Assembly (NCBI GenBank): GCA_964270895.1
Contig: OZ185435.1
DNA length: 64,000 nt
Source of the DNA: Podarcis filfolensis
Lineage: Eukaryota
Strand: one strand, 5' to 3'
The position numbers and the translations under genes are program-made. The notes beneath the pieces were generated by a model. It had not been told where the DNA came from, did not search any database, and worked only from the letters and a program-made list of their open reading frames with translations. This document shows positions 12,052-24,345 of this stretch, piece after piece; position 1 is the first letter of the stretch; each line of letters opens with the position of its first letter.

Positions 12052-14690
12052 AATAAAACTGTATAAAAAGTTAAAAACAGACATCAGTTAACCATTAAGG
12101 AAGGATGTTAAGCAACTTATACCTAAAACATCAATTTCTCACTCCTGACAAGATACTAACAGCATGCAAATATGTGTGAGAGGAACAAGTAGTTTGCAAG
12201 AGAGAAGAGAGGGTGTCACTTAAGACCCATTTTATGATATAAGTATTTTTAAATGATGATGATGATGACCATCACCATCAGCTTCAGGGAAGAATGGGTT
12301 CACAACTGAGGAAGCATAGGATCTGCATTAAGCTGTGTCCAACTCCCATCATGCTCCTTAGCATTTTCCCTTTCCTCTTTTCAGTTTGGCCCATTTGCCC
12401 TTATTAACAAGAAATAAATGAAAACCAAAACGGTTGATTTGCAAGCTGAGTAGTATATACTGAAAGAAAGCAGCAGCATTACTCTTCTTTCTATCTGAAA
12501 CAAGTATGCATAACATTCACAGATGCTGTTATCCTGGCTAGAGATCAATTTGGACAAAGGTATATTCTTTCCTACACCAAACCTTAGCTTTATCTTAAAA
12601 AAAAACAACAACCCTGAAACTTGTCTGTATTGTTATTCCTGTTTTGTACATTCTGAAGGCTAAATCCCTGCAGTAGCATGTAGGGAAGAGCCAGACTCCA
12701 AAAGAGTCCAATCTGTTTCCGTACAAGTTTGTATACAAAGATATATGATAAGCATTAAAATTATCAAGGAATGGATTGGGGAATGATAACCATTGCTTTC
12801 TGTAGCACCATGGTGCTTGCAATATTCATATGATTATTCTGTCACTTGGCTAACAGCAAGTCAGTGAAACATTTACTGCAGACCCTTTATTTAATAAGAT
12901 TCAGATTCTTAGCCTGGCCTCTAAACAGCTCTGTCCTTGGGGGACTGCTTTAGCTATATTGGCAAACAGCAAGTTGCACTGTTGCAGGTAAATGGCACCC
13001 TACCCTTCCCTATTTAGAGCCATCTAATTCTGTCCCACTTGACATTTCACAGTATTCCAAACTCTTCCTGTTAAAAATCCAGGACTCAAGTTTGTGCTGA
13101 TTGTAGATTTGCTTTTGCCAGACCCAAGCAGGCCACAGACTGGTGCAGATAGTCCAGTACTGGTGGAGCCACCAGTTTGAGTGCAAGGAAGGACAATGAT
13201 GCAGATATCCATAGGTTCAGGTCAATGAGTTTCAGTACAGTGCATCATGTTATGGAATTGTTACTCTTCCTTTCAAAATCAGTTATATGTATAACTCATA
13301 TTTCTTCTGTTTACTTGAGTAAGCACAACATTCAGTTGTCCCATGTAGCATTTATTTTTTGCTGTTACTATTTTGCAAGCTTTTAATTATTTTCTTACTG
13401 TACTTTTTAGGGACTGGTTTTCTCCTGTTTGTCCGCAGGTGCTGAATTAGAAACTAACACGAAGGTAGATAAATAATGTGGTCTGTATAATTCTCCATGC
13501 TGCACAGCTGAAAGTATCTTACCCATTTTTAAGTATCTTACCCATTTTATTAATCCTCCTCATCCGCTGGTCCGAATACTCTTTTTGAAGTGCACTTCAT
13601 GCAAGTTCCCTTGAAATGCTGGTGGAGCCCCTTTCCTCCCTAATTTTATTTCAAAACTGTAAAATGTATAGGCTTGAGGACACAGCTTTACGAATTGTGG
13701 AGTATGGACTTGAGAACAATAAAAACAGCAACTTGCAGAAGCATGTTCCTTAGCTGATTTACATAGGCATCATAAGTATATTTATTTGGATGTATATGTT
13801 TCTGAAATTACTAGCCCTTATTTCCATGTAATAGGTAGGGTGGTTAGGAACGGAGTATACGTCACATTGAGAATATGATGGAGATACTGAAGTTGCATTG
13901 ACATTCATAGGGCTAGTGACCAACGTTCCTGTTGCTCCTTATTGCAGAGAAATGGGCATCTGCTTAACCATGTTAAACGCATTAATCCAGTTTCCGACAG
14001 GGTGCATAGTCTCTGAATCAGCCTAATTTCAAGCACTGCAACTCAGCGTGGTCATTGAATCAGATTGTAAGTCATTAGAGACAAGGACCAAATGAGGGAA
14101 GAAATGCAAATGGAAACACAGCTCTTAATTATATAAAGATAGTAGTCCAGGTGTTCATGGTTTGTATGTCCCCATGCTAGTTGGACTATATCCCTGCGGT
14201 ACCTAATTGGAAAAGGGAGAATCCATCAAAACCATCTCTGTGGTGTTATAGGAAAAAAACAAAATGCATTAATCTCTGCAAGAATAATGGCTGGGTCTGC
14301 ACTAAGGTGTACAGCCATTTTGAAAGTGTTAAAAGATCAAAACTCTTCATTATGTTTGGCTAGTAGGCAATTTTTGAGCTTTTGTTTCTGAACATTGGGG
14401 CTGTAGGGATAAACTGTATCAAAAACTATTATTTCAGCTCTGTCTCATGCAGTTGCCTGATCCAGTTACAGCAACTGTTTGCGTAGAAATGAGTTGGATT
14501 GTGGTAAAAAAAAAAAATAGGCCTATCATCTTTGAACACAAATCCAACCCACCTTTGCATTCTGCAGATATTCTAATATACACTACTTCAACTTCTGTAC
14601 AGTTCCTTTTTTCATTAATTTATTTCCAAATGTGTAGGCTCCATTTCAATCAAGTACTCATGGTGTCTTAATGTAATTAATTAATAAAAC

Positions 14691-14839
14691 CAGTGCTTTT
14701 TTTCTAAAAAAAATTTTTAGAATTGCTCTCATTTTCCCATTCTTATTGAAATACTGCTCCTCAATGAGGCCAAACTTGGATTCACAAAATGTTTAGGGCT
14801 ATGCGTACCCCTGCATCCCCCCCAGGAAAAAAAGCACTG
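14691..14839. mobile_element. hAT MITE family B (149 bp)
   Basis: TIR CAGTGCTTTTTTT / AAAAAAAGCACTG; 8-bp TSD AATAAAAC; second copy at 43538. Confidence 0.92.
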
Positions 14840-15180
14840 AATAAAACATAAGTTGAATGTCTACAAATTTGAAACCCATCTGGTTAACCCTCATGTTCAG
14901 ATGCATGCATGTTGGTCATCAGGATGACATTATTCCTCTTGCTTACGTAGGCTGCTGTCATTATGTTCCCAGATGCCACCCTGTTGCGTCTGGAGTTGAT
15001 GCGCCTTCAGTTTTCTAGCTGAAAATAAGAGGTATAAAAGGAAATGGAAGTCTCATCAAGATGTATTTTCTTAATCCATTGATGCTTCCATGCTGACATC
15101 ACTATATTATGTATCACTGGTGGTACCAAATGCAATGCTTTTATTTTCCCTATTCTTTATTGTGCAATTGCTTTGAGATG

Positions 15181-15302
15181 CTCGGCCCTCCAGCTGTTTT
15201 GAGACTACAACTCTCATCATCCCTGACCACTGGTCCTGCTAGCTAGGGATCATGGGAGTTGTGGGCCAAAAACATCTGGAGGGCTGAGTTTGAGGAAGCC
15301 TG
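15181..15302. mobile_element. hAT MITE family A, truncated at one end
   Basis: Core CCCTCCAG...GACTACAACTC...AACATCTGGAGGG as in the other copies. Confidence 0.85.
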
Positions 15303-15419
15303 CTGTAAAGGAAGTTATGTGTAGATTCAATAAATAAATAAAGATCAAATAACAAACCTTAGGTACAGCTCTTGCTCAGTGAGGAAAGAGTTTAATTATA
15401 AGTCCCCGTTAAATTAACA

Positions 15420-15850
15420 TTCGGCTCCGCCCAATGTGGCACAGCAGCAAAAGAGGACCAGGAAGGAACCAGGCAGCTGCAAGGGACTGGACTGAAGGGG
15501 AAGGCTGGGAAGCGCCCCCTCCTGCTCCCCTGCGTCCCTCGACGAGGAGGGGAGTGGGGAGGATCGCCCCCCCTTCCCCAGTAGTTTCAAGAGAAGAAGG
15601 AGACAGATTGAATTGCAGCAGAACACAGAGCTGCTAAGTTATGAAGTGTTAGGAGAAGTGGGGGGTGGAGTGGGAGAATTGCCAGCAGAGACGTTCTTGG
15701 AAAGCATAGGAGAGCCACCATCCCCACGAATGCGCCGTTCACTGAGAATTAAAGGGCTCCAAGACGTTTGACTCCTGAAGCCACCCGTAGGGCCACAGGC
15801 TGTTGCTGGGGAAGGAAGGGTAGGAGCTCAGAAGTGAGCAGTGTCACTAT
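15420..15850 (+). mobile_element. Possible LTR-like remnant
   Basis: GC- and purine-rich block with a short motif (CTGGGGAAGG) also present in the solo LTR at 58907-59361; no TSD found. Confidence 0.3.
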
Positions 15851-16116
15851 GGAGTTGAGGACTGAATTCTATGTCTAGTACCACTATAACTGAATAAAAC
15901 CATAAATGCGAACTTTCTTCCTTGATCCTTGATCCTTCCAGGAGAGGAGAGAATACCCCAAGCCTGACACCATAGTCAAAACAGGACAGAAAGCCCTGTG
16001 ATCAGATGTGTAGAAATATTTAGAATTCATATCACACAGTAAATGTTTGCCCTGAACAGGCAGCAAGCAGAACCACAGGCATAGGGTATAGAACATGGAT
16101 TGCTCTAGGAGAACAG

Positions 16117-16117
<1 letters not shown>

Positions 16118-16163
<46 letters not shown>
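16118..16163. repeat. (ATT)n microsatellite
   Basis: Direct reading. Confidence 0.95.
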
Positions 16164-16164
<1 letters not shown>

Positions 16165-16277
16165 AAGAGGTGCCAGAACTCACCATGAACACCTCCTTGT
16201 TCTCTTACATTGAAATAGCTCTCATCTGAGAGTTGCTGGAACTGAGTTCCAGTGAGTTCCAACTGAAAAAAGTCCCC
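16164..16277. mobile_element. Partial MITE end
   Basis: GGAACTGAGTTCC palindrome followed by an AAAAAAGTCCCCG TIR-like end. Confidence 0.4.
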
Positions 16278-16289
16278 GTTATTTTTATT

Positions 16290-17110
16290 ATTATCCAGTC
16301 TTTCACCCCAAGGCAGGTTACAACATTAAAACACAATTTAAATAACATAAGTTCATCAAGAAAATTGTGGGTCCTAAAAATACTCACCTTGAGTGTCAAA
16401 TCCAGGGTGAAGAGGAACGTGCTCAGCATTCGTCTGAACCTCTATAATGAGGATGCTAGACGCATTTCTGTGAGGAGGGAGTTCCACAACTTCAGGGCTG
16501 CCACAGAGAAAGCCCTCTCCCAGGCCACCACCCACCAAGCCTCCACCGAGGGTTGAGGAACTACCAAGAAGAACCACCTCTGCCAATCTTAGTGTGTGAG
16601 AGAGTCTGTAGGGAAGGAAGTGGACTTTCAGATATTTGGGGCCTGAGTCATTTAGGGCAGGGGTCGGCAAGGCTTACTGGGCATGGGCTGGATCACTCCC
16701 GTGGAGATCCTCTGTGGGCCGGGCCGGCACAGTGCAACACTGGAAATCGTGCCTGCGCATGTCCGCGGCACTGGAAACCGCTTCTGTGTACACCCAGACA
16801 CCGAAAATTGCACCAGCACAGAAGCGGTTTTCGGTGTCTGGGCATGCACAGAAGTGATTTCCAGAGCCGCGGAAGAGAGTCCCCACACCGTCCTGCACCG
16901 GTTTAGCGCAGCGTGGCACGGGGACTCGCCGAGCGGGTGACTCGGTTTGGGGGCAGCTCATGGGCTGGTTAAGCAACCCTCATGGGCCACTTCTGGCCCA
17001 TGGGCCTTAGGTTGCCGACCTCTGATTTAGGGCTTCAAACACTAATGTGATTGCCTCTATGACTCTGGCTGACCAGATTGTGAACAGATCTGCCGACACC
17101 ACTCAAAACA
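16290..17110 (-). mobile_element. Degenerate L2 LINE 3' portion, interrupted by a hAT MITE
   Basis: Minus-strand ALNDSGPKYLKVHFLPYRLSHTLR and RAFSVAALKLWNSLL...FRRMLSTFLF; the sequence resumes after the hAT TSD. Confidence 0.8.
16658..17024. mobile_element. Non-autonomous hAT element (367 bp)
   Basis: TIR CAGGGGTCGGCAA / TTGCCGACCTCTG; TSD ATTTAGGG at 16650-16657 and 17025-17032. Confidence 0.93.
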
Positions 17111-17183
17111 GCAGCGGACACAAACACGCATTGAATATTTATTTGTTTGATTTTTATCTCAAGGTGGCATACATAAAATAGTA

Positions 17184-17518
17184 GAGGTAAAGGGACCCCT
17201 GACCATTAGGTCCAGTCGTGACCGACTCTGGGGTTGCGGCGCTCATCTCGCTTTATTGGCCGAGGGAGCCTGCGTTTGTCCGCAGACAGCTTCCGGGTCA
17301 TGTGGCCAGCATGACTAAGCTGCTTCTGGCGAACCAGAGCAGCGCACGGAAACGCTGTTTACCTTCCCGACGGAGCGGTAACTATTTATCTACTTCCACT
17401 TTGAGATGCTTTTGAACTGCTAGGTTGGCAGGAGCAGGGACCAAACAACGGGAGTTCACCCCGTTGTGGGGATTCGAACCGCCAACCTTCTGATCGGCAA
17501 GAGTCCAAGGCTCTGTGG
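17184..17518 (+). mobile_element. Sauria SINE, 3'-truncated
   Basis: GGTAAAGGGACCCCTGACCATTAGGTCC head and full body; flanked by the 20-bp duplication GTGGCATACATAAAATAGTA. Confidence 0.93.
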
Positions 17519-19214
17519 CATACATAAAATAGTACAATGCAATAATTTAGGGCTGCTTGTACCTCCTGTGTCACATGGTATAGCTTCTCTTTTCCCTAAG
17601 ACTGTAAGTATTGTTACTGTTTAAAGACAAAGAGGAAAGAATAGTTCCTGTGGTGTAAAACGCGGATTTATCCAGGTTCTCGTCTGCATAGATATTCTGT
17701 GACAGAAAGCACATACACATCTCTTACACTGCATATGCATTCATAAGAATGAATGTGTGTCCACTGTAACTTCTGCCCACAGATCTTGTGTGGTATGTTA
17801 ACATCTTACAGCGTTAATAACGGAACTTGTTGCATCAACTTGGCAATGGCAAGCATGTATTCCATCTGTTTTTTAGTGGGAAATAAGCACTGAGGCTATC
17901 ATTTTGATATCTCTATGGAAGTTAATGAGTGGATGGCAGAATAAATCCATATAGTGCAGGTTTAGGTGCTACATTTTTACTAAACATTAATTCTCCTTCA
18001 GCCTCACAAAGCTTGACCTCTGCTGTGCTACAACTTACTTATAATGGGTTGATAAGGGATATGGAAAATATCCTCATTAATGTTTCTGGTCTGTGCTCCC
18101 CCCTTAAATAAAATGTTAGGTATTCATTTTTTGTGCAATGGCTGCATACTGAAGATGTTGCTAAAAACATGAAAAAATTAAAACTTCTACCATACAGATT
18201 GGTCTCCCACATCATCAGGGAACAAGATATGTGATCCATTGCCATCACTCTTCCTCTTTAGCTTCAGAATGAGTTTTCAATTCAGCAAACCCTGATCTCT
18301 TTGGACCTCCCAAAAAAGGCAACTACGGGTGCTTAAAAAGCTTCCAGAAACCTATGTGTATGTTTCTATAGAGGAATAAGAAAAAAAACAGTGGTTTCAG
18401 AGTTAAATAAATGGCTGGAGAGGATGAGGATGATATGGCACCCATGCAATTTAGTGTGCAATATTCATTAAATAGCTTGTTAACAGTAGTTTCAGTGAAG
18501 TGGAGAATGTAAAATTGAAGCAATAATTGGAGCTGAAGCAGTGATTGTAGCAAGGGGGGAAAGGGAGACAAGCCTGCAATTGAAAAGCGGTGGATGTCAA
18601 ATGCACAATGTGTGTGCATGCCTGTGACGTAATTCTGGCTGAGTTCATATTGGGTTTTCCCCTTACTGTTGTCATTAGCCAGCACCCACTCATTGATCCT
18701 TTATACTTCCTCTCTGCCCTCACTCCCAACTTATAAGGTCGGGGAGAAGCACAGGTGGCAAAGTTTCTTAGGAGATTACTCTTTCATAGATATCTATAAC
18801 ACAGCATGTGACAGATTCCCAGTCTCCATAGACCCTGAGAGACACATTCTCCACCAACCGACTTGGTTGTAGGGAAACAGGAAGAGATGTCTGGAAAACA
18901 TCCCTCCCTCCCCTAGAACCTAGAATGCTGCAGTGGCAACCTCTCTGGTGCCAAGGAGAAACAGCCATTGCTATTGCTGCCCTTCACCTAAAGGTAAGAG
19001 CAACTCAGTAAGTTGGTTGGAAGTGCGGGGGATACATATTCTAAGAGTTCACAGGGGGATTGAAGTACTGTTTGGATACTGAAGGTATTCAGACCCTGTT
19101 GAACTCCCAATGAGATCAGCAGGCACATGACAGGCTTTCCAAATTTAAAATTGAGTTGAGGGGAGGCAACTTTGAATTGAGTCGAGGGAAATTCACCCAT
19201 CACATGTTGCAAAT

Positions 19215-19610
19215 CAGGGGTCAGCATACTTTTTCAGCAGGGGGCTGGTCCACTGTCCCTCAGACCATGTGGCAGGCTGGAATATATTTTTTCGGGGGGG
19301 GGGGTATGAACGAATACCTATGTCCACAAATAACCCAGAGATGCATTTTAAATAAAAAGAGACATTCTACTCATGTAAAAACACCAGGCAGGCCCCACAA
19401 ATAACCCAGAGATGCATTTTAAATAAAAAGAGACATTCTACTCATGTAAAAACACCAGGCAGGCCCCACAAATAACCCAGAAATGCATTTTAAATAAAAA
19501 GAGACATTCTACTCATGTAAAAACATGCTGATTTCCGGACCGTCCGCGGGCCAGATTTAGAAGGCGATTGGGCCGGATCCGGCCCCCGGGCCTTAGTTTG
19601 CCTACCCATG
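19215..19610. mobile_element. Non-autonomous hAT (Charlie-like) element with an internal minisatellite
   Basis: Imperfect TIRs (11/15) CAGGGGTCAGCATAC / GTTTGCCTACCCATG; TSD TTGCAAAT. Confidence 0.88.
19324..19525. repeat. 71-bp tandem repeat, about 2.85 copies
   Basis: Units start at 19324, 19395 and 19466 and are near identical. Confidence 0.95.
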
Positions 19611-20112
19611 TTGCAAATGCACATTCGTTTCTCATATGCAGTAGCAATCCATGTTTTTGCTCAAGATTGTGCTGGTTTTGCAGATAGTTGCCAGAATTAC
19701 CAAATTATCAATATCTTGATTCACACCCTTGTAAGGTAGATTTCAGCAGCAGTTGGTGCCCCTCAAGTCCTGCCTTAACTCATCCTGCAACAGCTCTGCA
19801 CAAAGCAGCCTGGTAAAAGGCATTTTGGACCATGCTGTAACTGGATCAAATTATGTTAGAGCTCTAGATGTCACATCATATAATACAATTTGTATGCTAT
19901 ATAAAGTTGCGAAATCAATGTAAGGGAATTCAGATCCCAGAACTCACACAAGTGATCCAGATATGTCATATACAAGAAAGAGGCAGTCGAAAGGCAATCT
20001 GCCAGCTGGGGGGGTGAGGTGTCTGTTCAACACTACCGTTTTCTTCTTCTGCACAAATAACTTACATTTATACATGAGCCACCTTCTTGCCCAGTTTCAT
20101 CTCTAAAACGTA

Positions 20113-20264
20113 CCATATTTTTCCATGTATAAGACTAGGGTTTTTTTTACTAAAAAAATAGGTTTTAAATTGGGGCTCATCTTATACACAGGTAGTGCTG
20201 AGGGGTGTTTTCTTAATTTGGAGTCCCCAAAAATAGGGGGCGTCTTATACATGGAAAAATACGG
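20113..20264. mobile_element. Tc1/mariner-superfamily (Tc2/pogo-like) MITE
   Basis: 23-bp TIR CC(A/G)TATTTTTCCATGTATAAGAC, 22/23 match; TA on both sides. Confidence 0.9.
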
Positions 20265-20834
20265 TATGTATTTTGGTTAAAAAAGAAGCTTAATGCTTTT
20301 AGAAATATGCTGCTCAAAGACCTTTTTGCTTGCCTTGTTTAATTATATTTGTTTTGCCAGAGTTTATGCTCTTTCCTTCTTTGGATGAGACTTTTTCTCG
20401 ACCCCTGACATTGTCCTGTGATTTGTTGGTCCCTTTTCTAAACTAGATCTGTATCTTCTCTCAGCTTCTATTACTGTGGTTTTAAATGATGTGGATTTAA
20501 ATCAAACATTGTGGGAAGAACTGACTCCCAACTCAAATCCCCATGAATTTGTATGTGTTTAGAAATTCGAGGTGACTTTGTTGGGATTTCTGGACAACTT
20601 TCTACTTCTATGCATGGAACTTTGATAACAGTTGGGTCACTGTTCCCGTAGCACTTAGGTAAATCTTGTACTAGCTCATGAGAATCATTCAGTATAAAGT
20701 CAATGGCCTCCTTCCTGCATTTTGGCTTATTATTGTATGTAAACATGTTGTGGTTTTTGTCATGATCCAGTCACACTCAACGGGAGAGTAATTTTATTCT
20801 AAATTTTATTACTGAATCACTTTAGTGCATCTCG

Positions 20835-20838
<4 letters not shown>

Positions 20839-20904
<66 letters not shown>
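20839..20904. repeat. Compound (GT)n(GA)n microsatellite
   Basis: Direct reading. Confidence 0.95.
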
Positions 20905-20909
<5 letters not shown>

Positions 20910-22638
20910 TATATTCATTTGTATAGTAGTATCTCATATGAATCCTATTCTTTTTCAAACAAGTGAGATCCCATGTGTGTGCAAAACTAATAAATAATAA
21001 AAGTAGAGTTCCTTCTGACATCTGACCTTACATACAGTTCTTGCAACACAAATAACAATGAATGTAGCGGAAATATGAGATGCAGCCTGTGTCTAAACTT
21101 CGCAGCTAGAACTATTAGTTTGCAAGGTCATCATTGCATGAGAATGATGTATCTGCAGGCTTCTTTCACGAGTCTTTTATGACTAGGTGAACACATTTCT
21201 TGTGTGCTGCTAGGGTAAATGATACTGCTTTATTACTTGATAGCTACTTAGAATTTAGCATTATTTTCAACATTGCTAAAGTACAGTGCGAGGAAAATTT
21301 ATTTCAAATAAAAAGCTATGTTCTTATATGATAGAGTCATAATATTAATACTTAAAGTATACAGCAACATGCTGGGAAAATAGAATAGTTATTTAGACAT
21401 ATTATATAAACTGTAGCCCACTACTTCAATGTGATTCACTACTGTTTCAACAAACCAATATCGCTCTTGCCTGTGGAGAGGGAATAGTGTAATTTAAATT
21501 AGTAACAGAGATTTTCACATCTGATATATCTAAGTCAAAGATGCATGATAATGAATTAAACACTTTTTGAATCTCCAAGTTGTTATTAAATAATACATCA
21601 GAAACAATACTTAAAGAGTTTGCAGGCCCAATATCGGGAGGGAAAGTGTCATAGGACACAATATTTCCCCACTCCCTTTAGTTTTAAAATTTCTATTACA
21701 ATTAGTTAAGAACTTGAAAAATTGAAGCTGCGTTTCATGGAGGAGCGGCTTCTTTCACCACAAGCTGAACATGTGTGGATGGTGGGAAGACCAGGAGAGC
21801 ACTACTGTCATTAAATTGGCCTTGAATGACAATTAAAGGGAGGAATAACTAAAGGTTGATAGCCCTGGGAACAACAGTCTCAAGACACTTGTTAATCAGA
21901 CTTTGGAAAACTCAGTGGATGTTCTCTAGGGTAAAGTGGCTAAATTTGTTTGCAGATATTATGAATAAGTGGCTCTCTTATTCATTATGAAGTGGCAACA
22001 ATAAATCGCAAGGATAGCCAATCGCGTATGACATAGCCTTCATAAACACAAACAAAAACCTCAGGTGTTCTTCAAAGCAGTGTCTGCACTCAGGAAAAAT
22101 AATAACAATCATAAAGCAACTGCTTCCTTAATGTGTATTAAGTGTGTATAAGGGGATCATCAGAAAGCATTAGGTATTCAAATAACCACCAATTAAACCA
22201 GTGCAGCTTTATTAGCAGTTCAGTGGGCTTACCGATAGGATTAGAATTTCTAGCGGATGCTGATGTATGAGCACGAGAGATTCTAATCTTTCTGGTCCAT
22301 TTCTGCTTGGGGCCCTATGGTGCTATAGTGTTGAATGTGGGTAACATGTGCACGAGGGACTGTGACTTGGACACCTGCTGAAAAGTCAGATCTTTCATTG
22401 CAGAGGCTCCTAGTAACTTTAGACACATCTACAAGAAGAATTAAAACTAAAAGAGGTAGCATTCCCATTTCCACAAAAGTGTACCACACCTGCTACTGGG
22501 GCAAGCTCCTAGGCCCCATAATCTTGAGCTGGGGTATGCACCAACTTTGCGGAACAAAATGGTGTACAAAGTGGCAAAATGTCTTTGCCAATAGCATGCG
22601 AAGATATGTACTGCAAGTTTCTGAATGTGATATTATGG

Positions 22639-22997
22639 GTAAAGGTAAAGGTAAAGGGGCCCCTGACCATTAGGTCCAGTCACGGATGACTCTGGGGTTG
22701 CTGTGCTCATCTCGCTTTACTGGCCGAGGGAGCCCGCATACAGCTTCTGGGTCATGTGGCCAGCATGACTAAGCCGCTTCTGGCAAGCCAGAGCAGCACA
22801 CGGAAACGCCGTTTACCTTCCTGCCAGAACGGTACCTATTTATCTACTTGCACTTTGACATGCTTTCGAACTGCTAGGTTGGCAGGAGCAGGGACCGTAC
22901 AACAGGAGCTGACTCCGTCGCGGGGATTTGAACCGCCGACCTTCTGATCGGCAAGCCCTAGGCTCTGTGGTTTAGACCACAGCGCCACCCGCGTCCC
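22639..22997 (+). mobile_element. Sauria SINE, full length
   Basis: (GGTAAA)n head through GCGCCACCCGCGTCCC; approximate TSD TGATAT(T/C)ATGG. Confidence 0.95.
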
Positions 22998-23410
22998 TGA
23001 TATCATGGTTATCCAACGCCATATGATCGTCATTACATTTGCATGCTTTGCACCTTCCCCAGCCCTCTATCCTATTCATGTTCTTTTTCTGGCACATTAA
23101 GTCCAAAGCAAACTCTTCTACATCCACTCTGTAATATAGTTTCATTGAAGAACGTTATGCTTTACTTGTTAATCCTCGTTCCTTACCATTGTTTCTATTT
23201 GTTGTGCATGTACTGTATTTGATTTGTATGTCTGTTATAAAATTGGTACCTGTTCCTTCAGATCAACAACAAGAAAAAAAAGGAGGTGGGCTTAAACTTC
23301 CTTCTGAGTAGAAATGGTTAGCCCTGTGCTGTAAGTCCCATTTGCTTCAGTAGGGCTTTCTCCTGGGTAAGTGAGGTTAAGAGGTTAAGATTGCAGCCTT
23401 AGTCAGAAGG

Positions 23411-23561
23411 TGTGGTTGGCACCTGTCTATCTTGGGAGACAATGGAAGAGTGTGCCTTTGGAGGTGAAGTCAAACAGTTGGAGAGTTACAGTGGCTGCTG
23501 GGGCTGTAGATACCATTACGAGAGGACATGTTTTGTTGCAGCGGGGGCAGATGAAGGCGCC
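23411..23561 (-). mobile_element. RTE-clade LINE 3' end fragment
   Basis: Minus-strand FICPRCNKTC... C-terminal zinc-finger-like motif plus a 3' UTR; related copy at 27166. Confidence 0.65.
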
Positions 23562-24345
23562 AGTTAGTTGTGCTAATGCAGGTGTACCATGACATTTCTT
23601 CTTTCTGCGCTTCTCCCAGTGGTCATTCCTTCTCTAGTCACTGTGGATACACAGAGCAAATTGAACTAAAGCAAGTGCTCATAAACCATTTGTTTAACAT
23701 TTAAGAATATTGTACCCTATTCTGTTTATTCCTTCTTTTCTGCAAATTGCTTGGTTCTTTGCTCTTGGCCTTTTGGAAATTCTTCTGTAAGTGAATTGTC
23801 ATAATTCTTGTAACTTTTAATTTGTTTTTGTTACATTTCAAAACATTATTTCATTGTTAAGAAGAAGCATGCTAAGACCACCTTAATTTCTCCCCCTCCT
23901 TCTTACAGTCTCTGGCCATCATGCTCACTCATGCAAATTGTCATGTACAGTGGAAAATGCTACCAGGTAACTAGAGTTTGCATTTGTGAATCAGTTGTTT
24001 GTGAATTCCTATATAGATGTCTTATTTATTTCAACTCCCTCCTAACACGCTCTACCTTTTTCTGTCTTCAGAATTTGGTATTAATATAGTGTCATTTGAA
24101 AACATGCCTTTTTTTCCAATGAGAGAATTATTGTAAAGCAAAAGTTTGGTATGTAAACTGCAATACCATGCCAGTCTATTTTCCTGAATACATTAGTCTA
24201 TTAAAAACGCACTTAAAAAAAAATCTGACTTTCTCATCTTTTCCAGCTTTTTGCATGTCATTGTTTGCTCAGTTATTAAATGATTTGTTGACACCAATTT
24301 TTTTTAATAATTCCCTTCCAAGTCTTTGTGTTATGCCTTTGAGAT

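Noticed and set aside
19324-19525. Regular repeats as a CRISPR-like array
   Set aside because: Contiguous tandem units with no unique spacers, inside a eukaryotic hAT element
20471-20746. 91-aa minus-strand ORF with protein-like composition
   Set aside because: No recognisable family, no flanking splice or promoter support
21447-21659. AT-rich ORF considered as a viral or LINE remnant
   Set aside because: No diagnostic motif, and an in-frame stop lies just upstream
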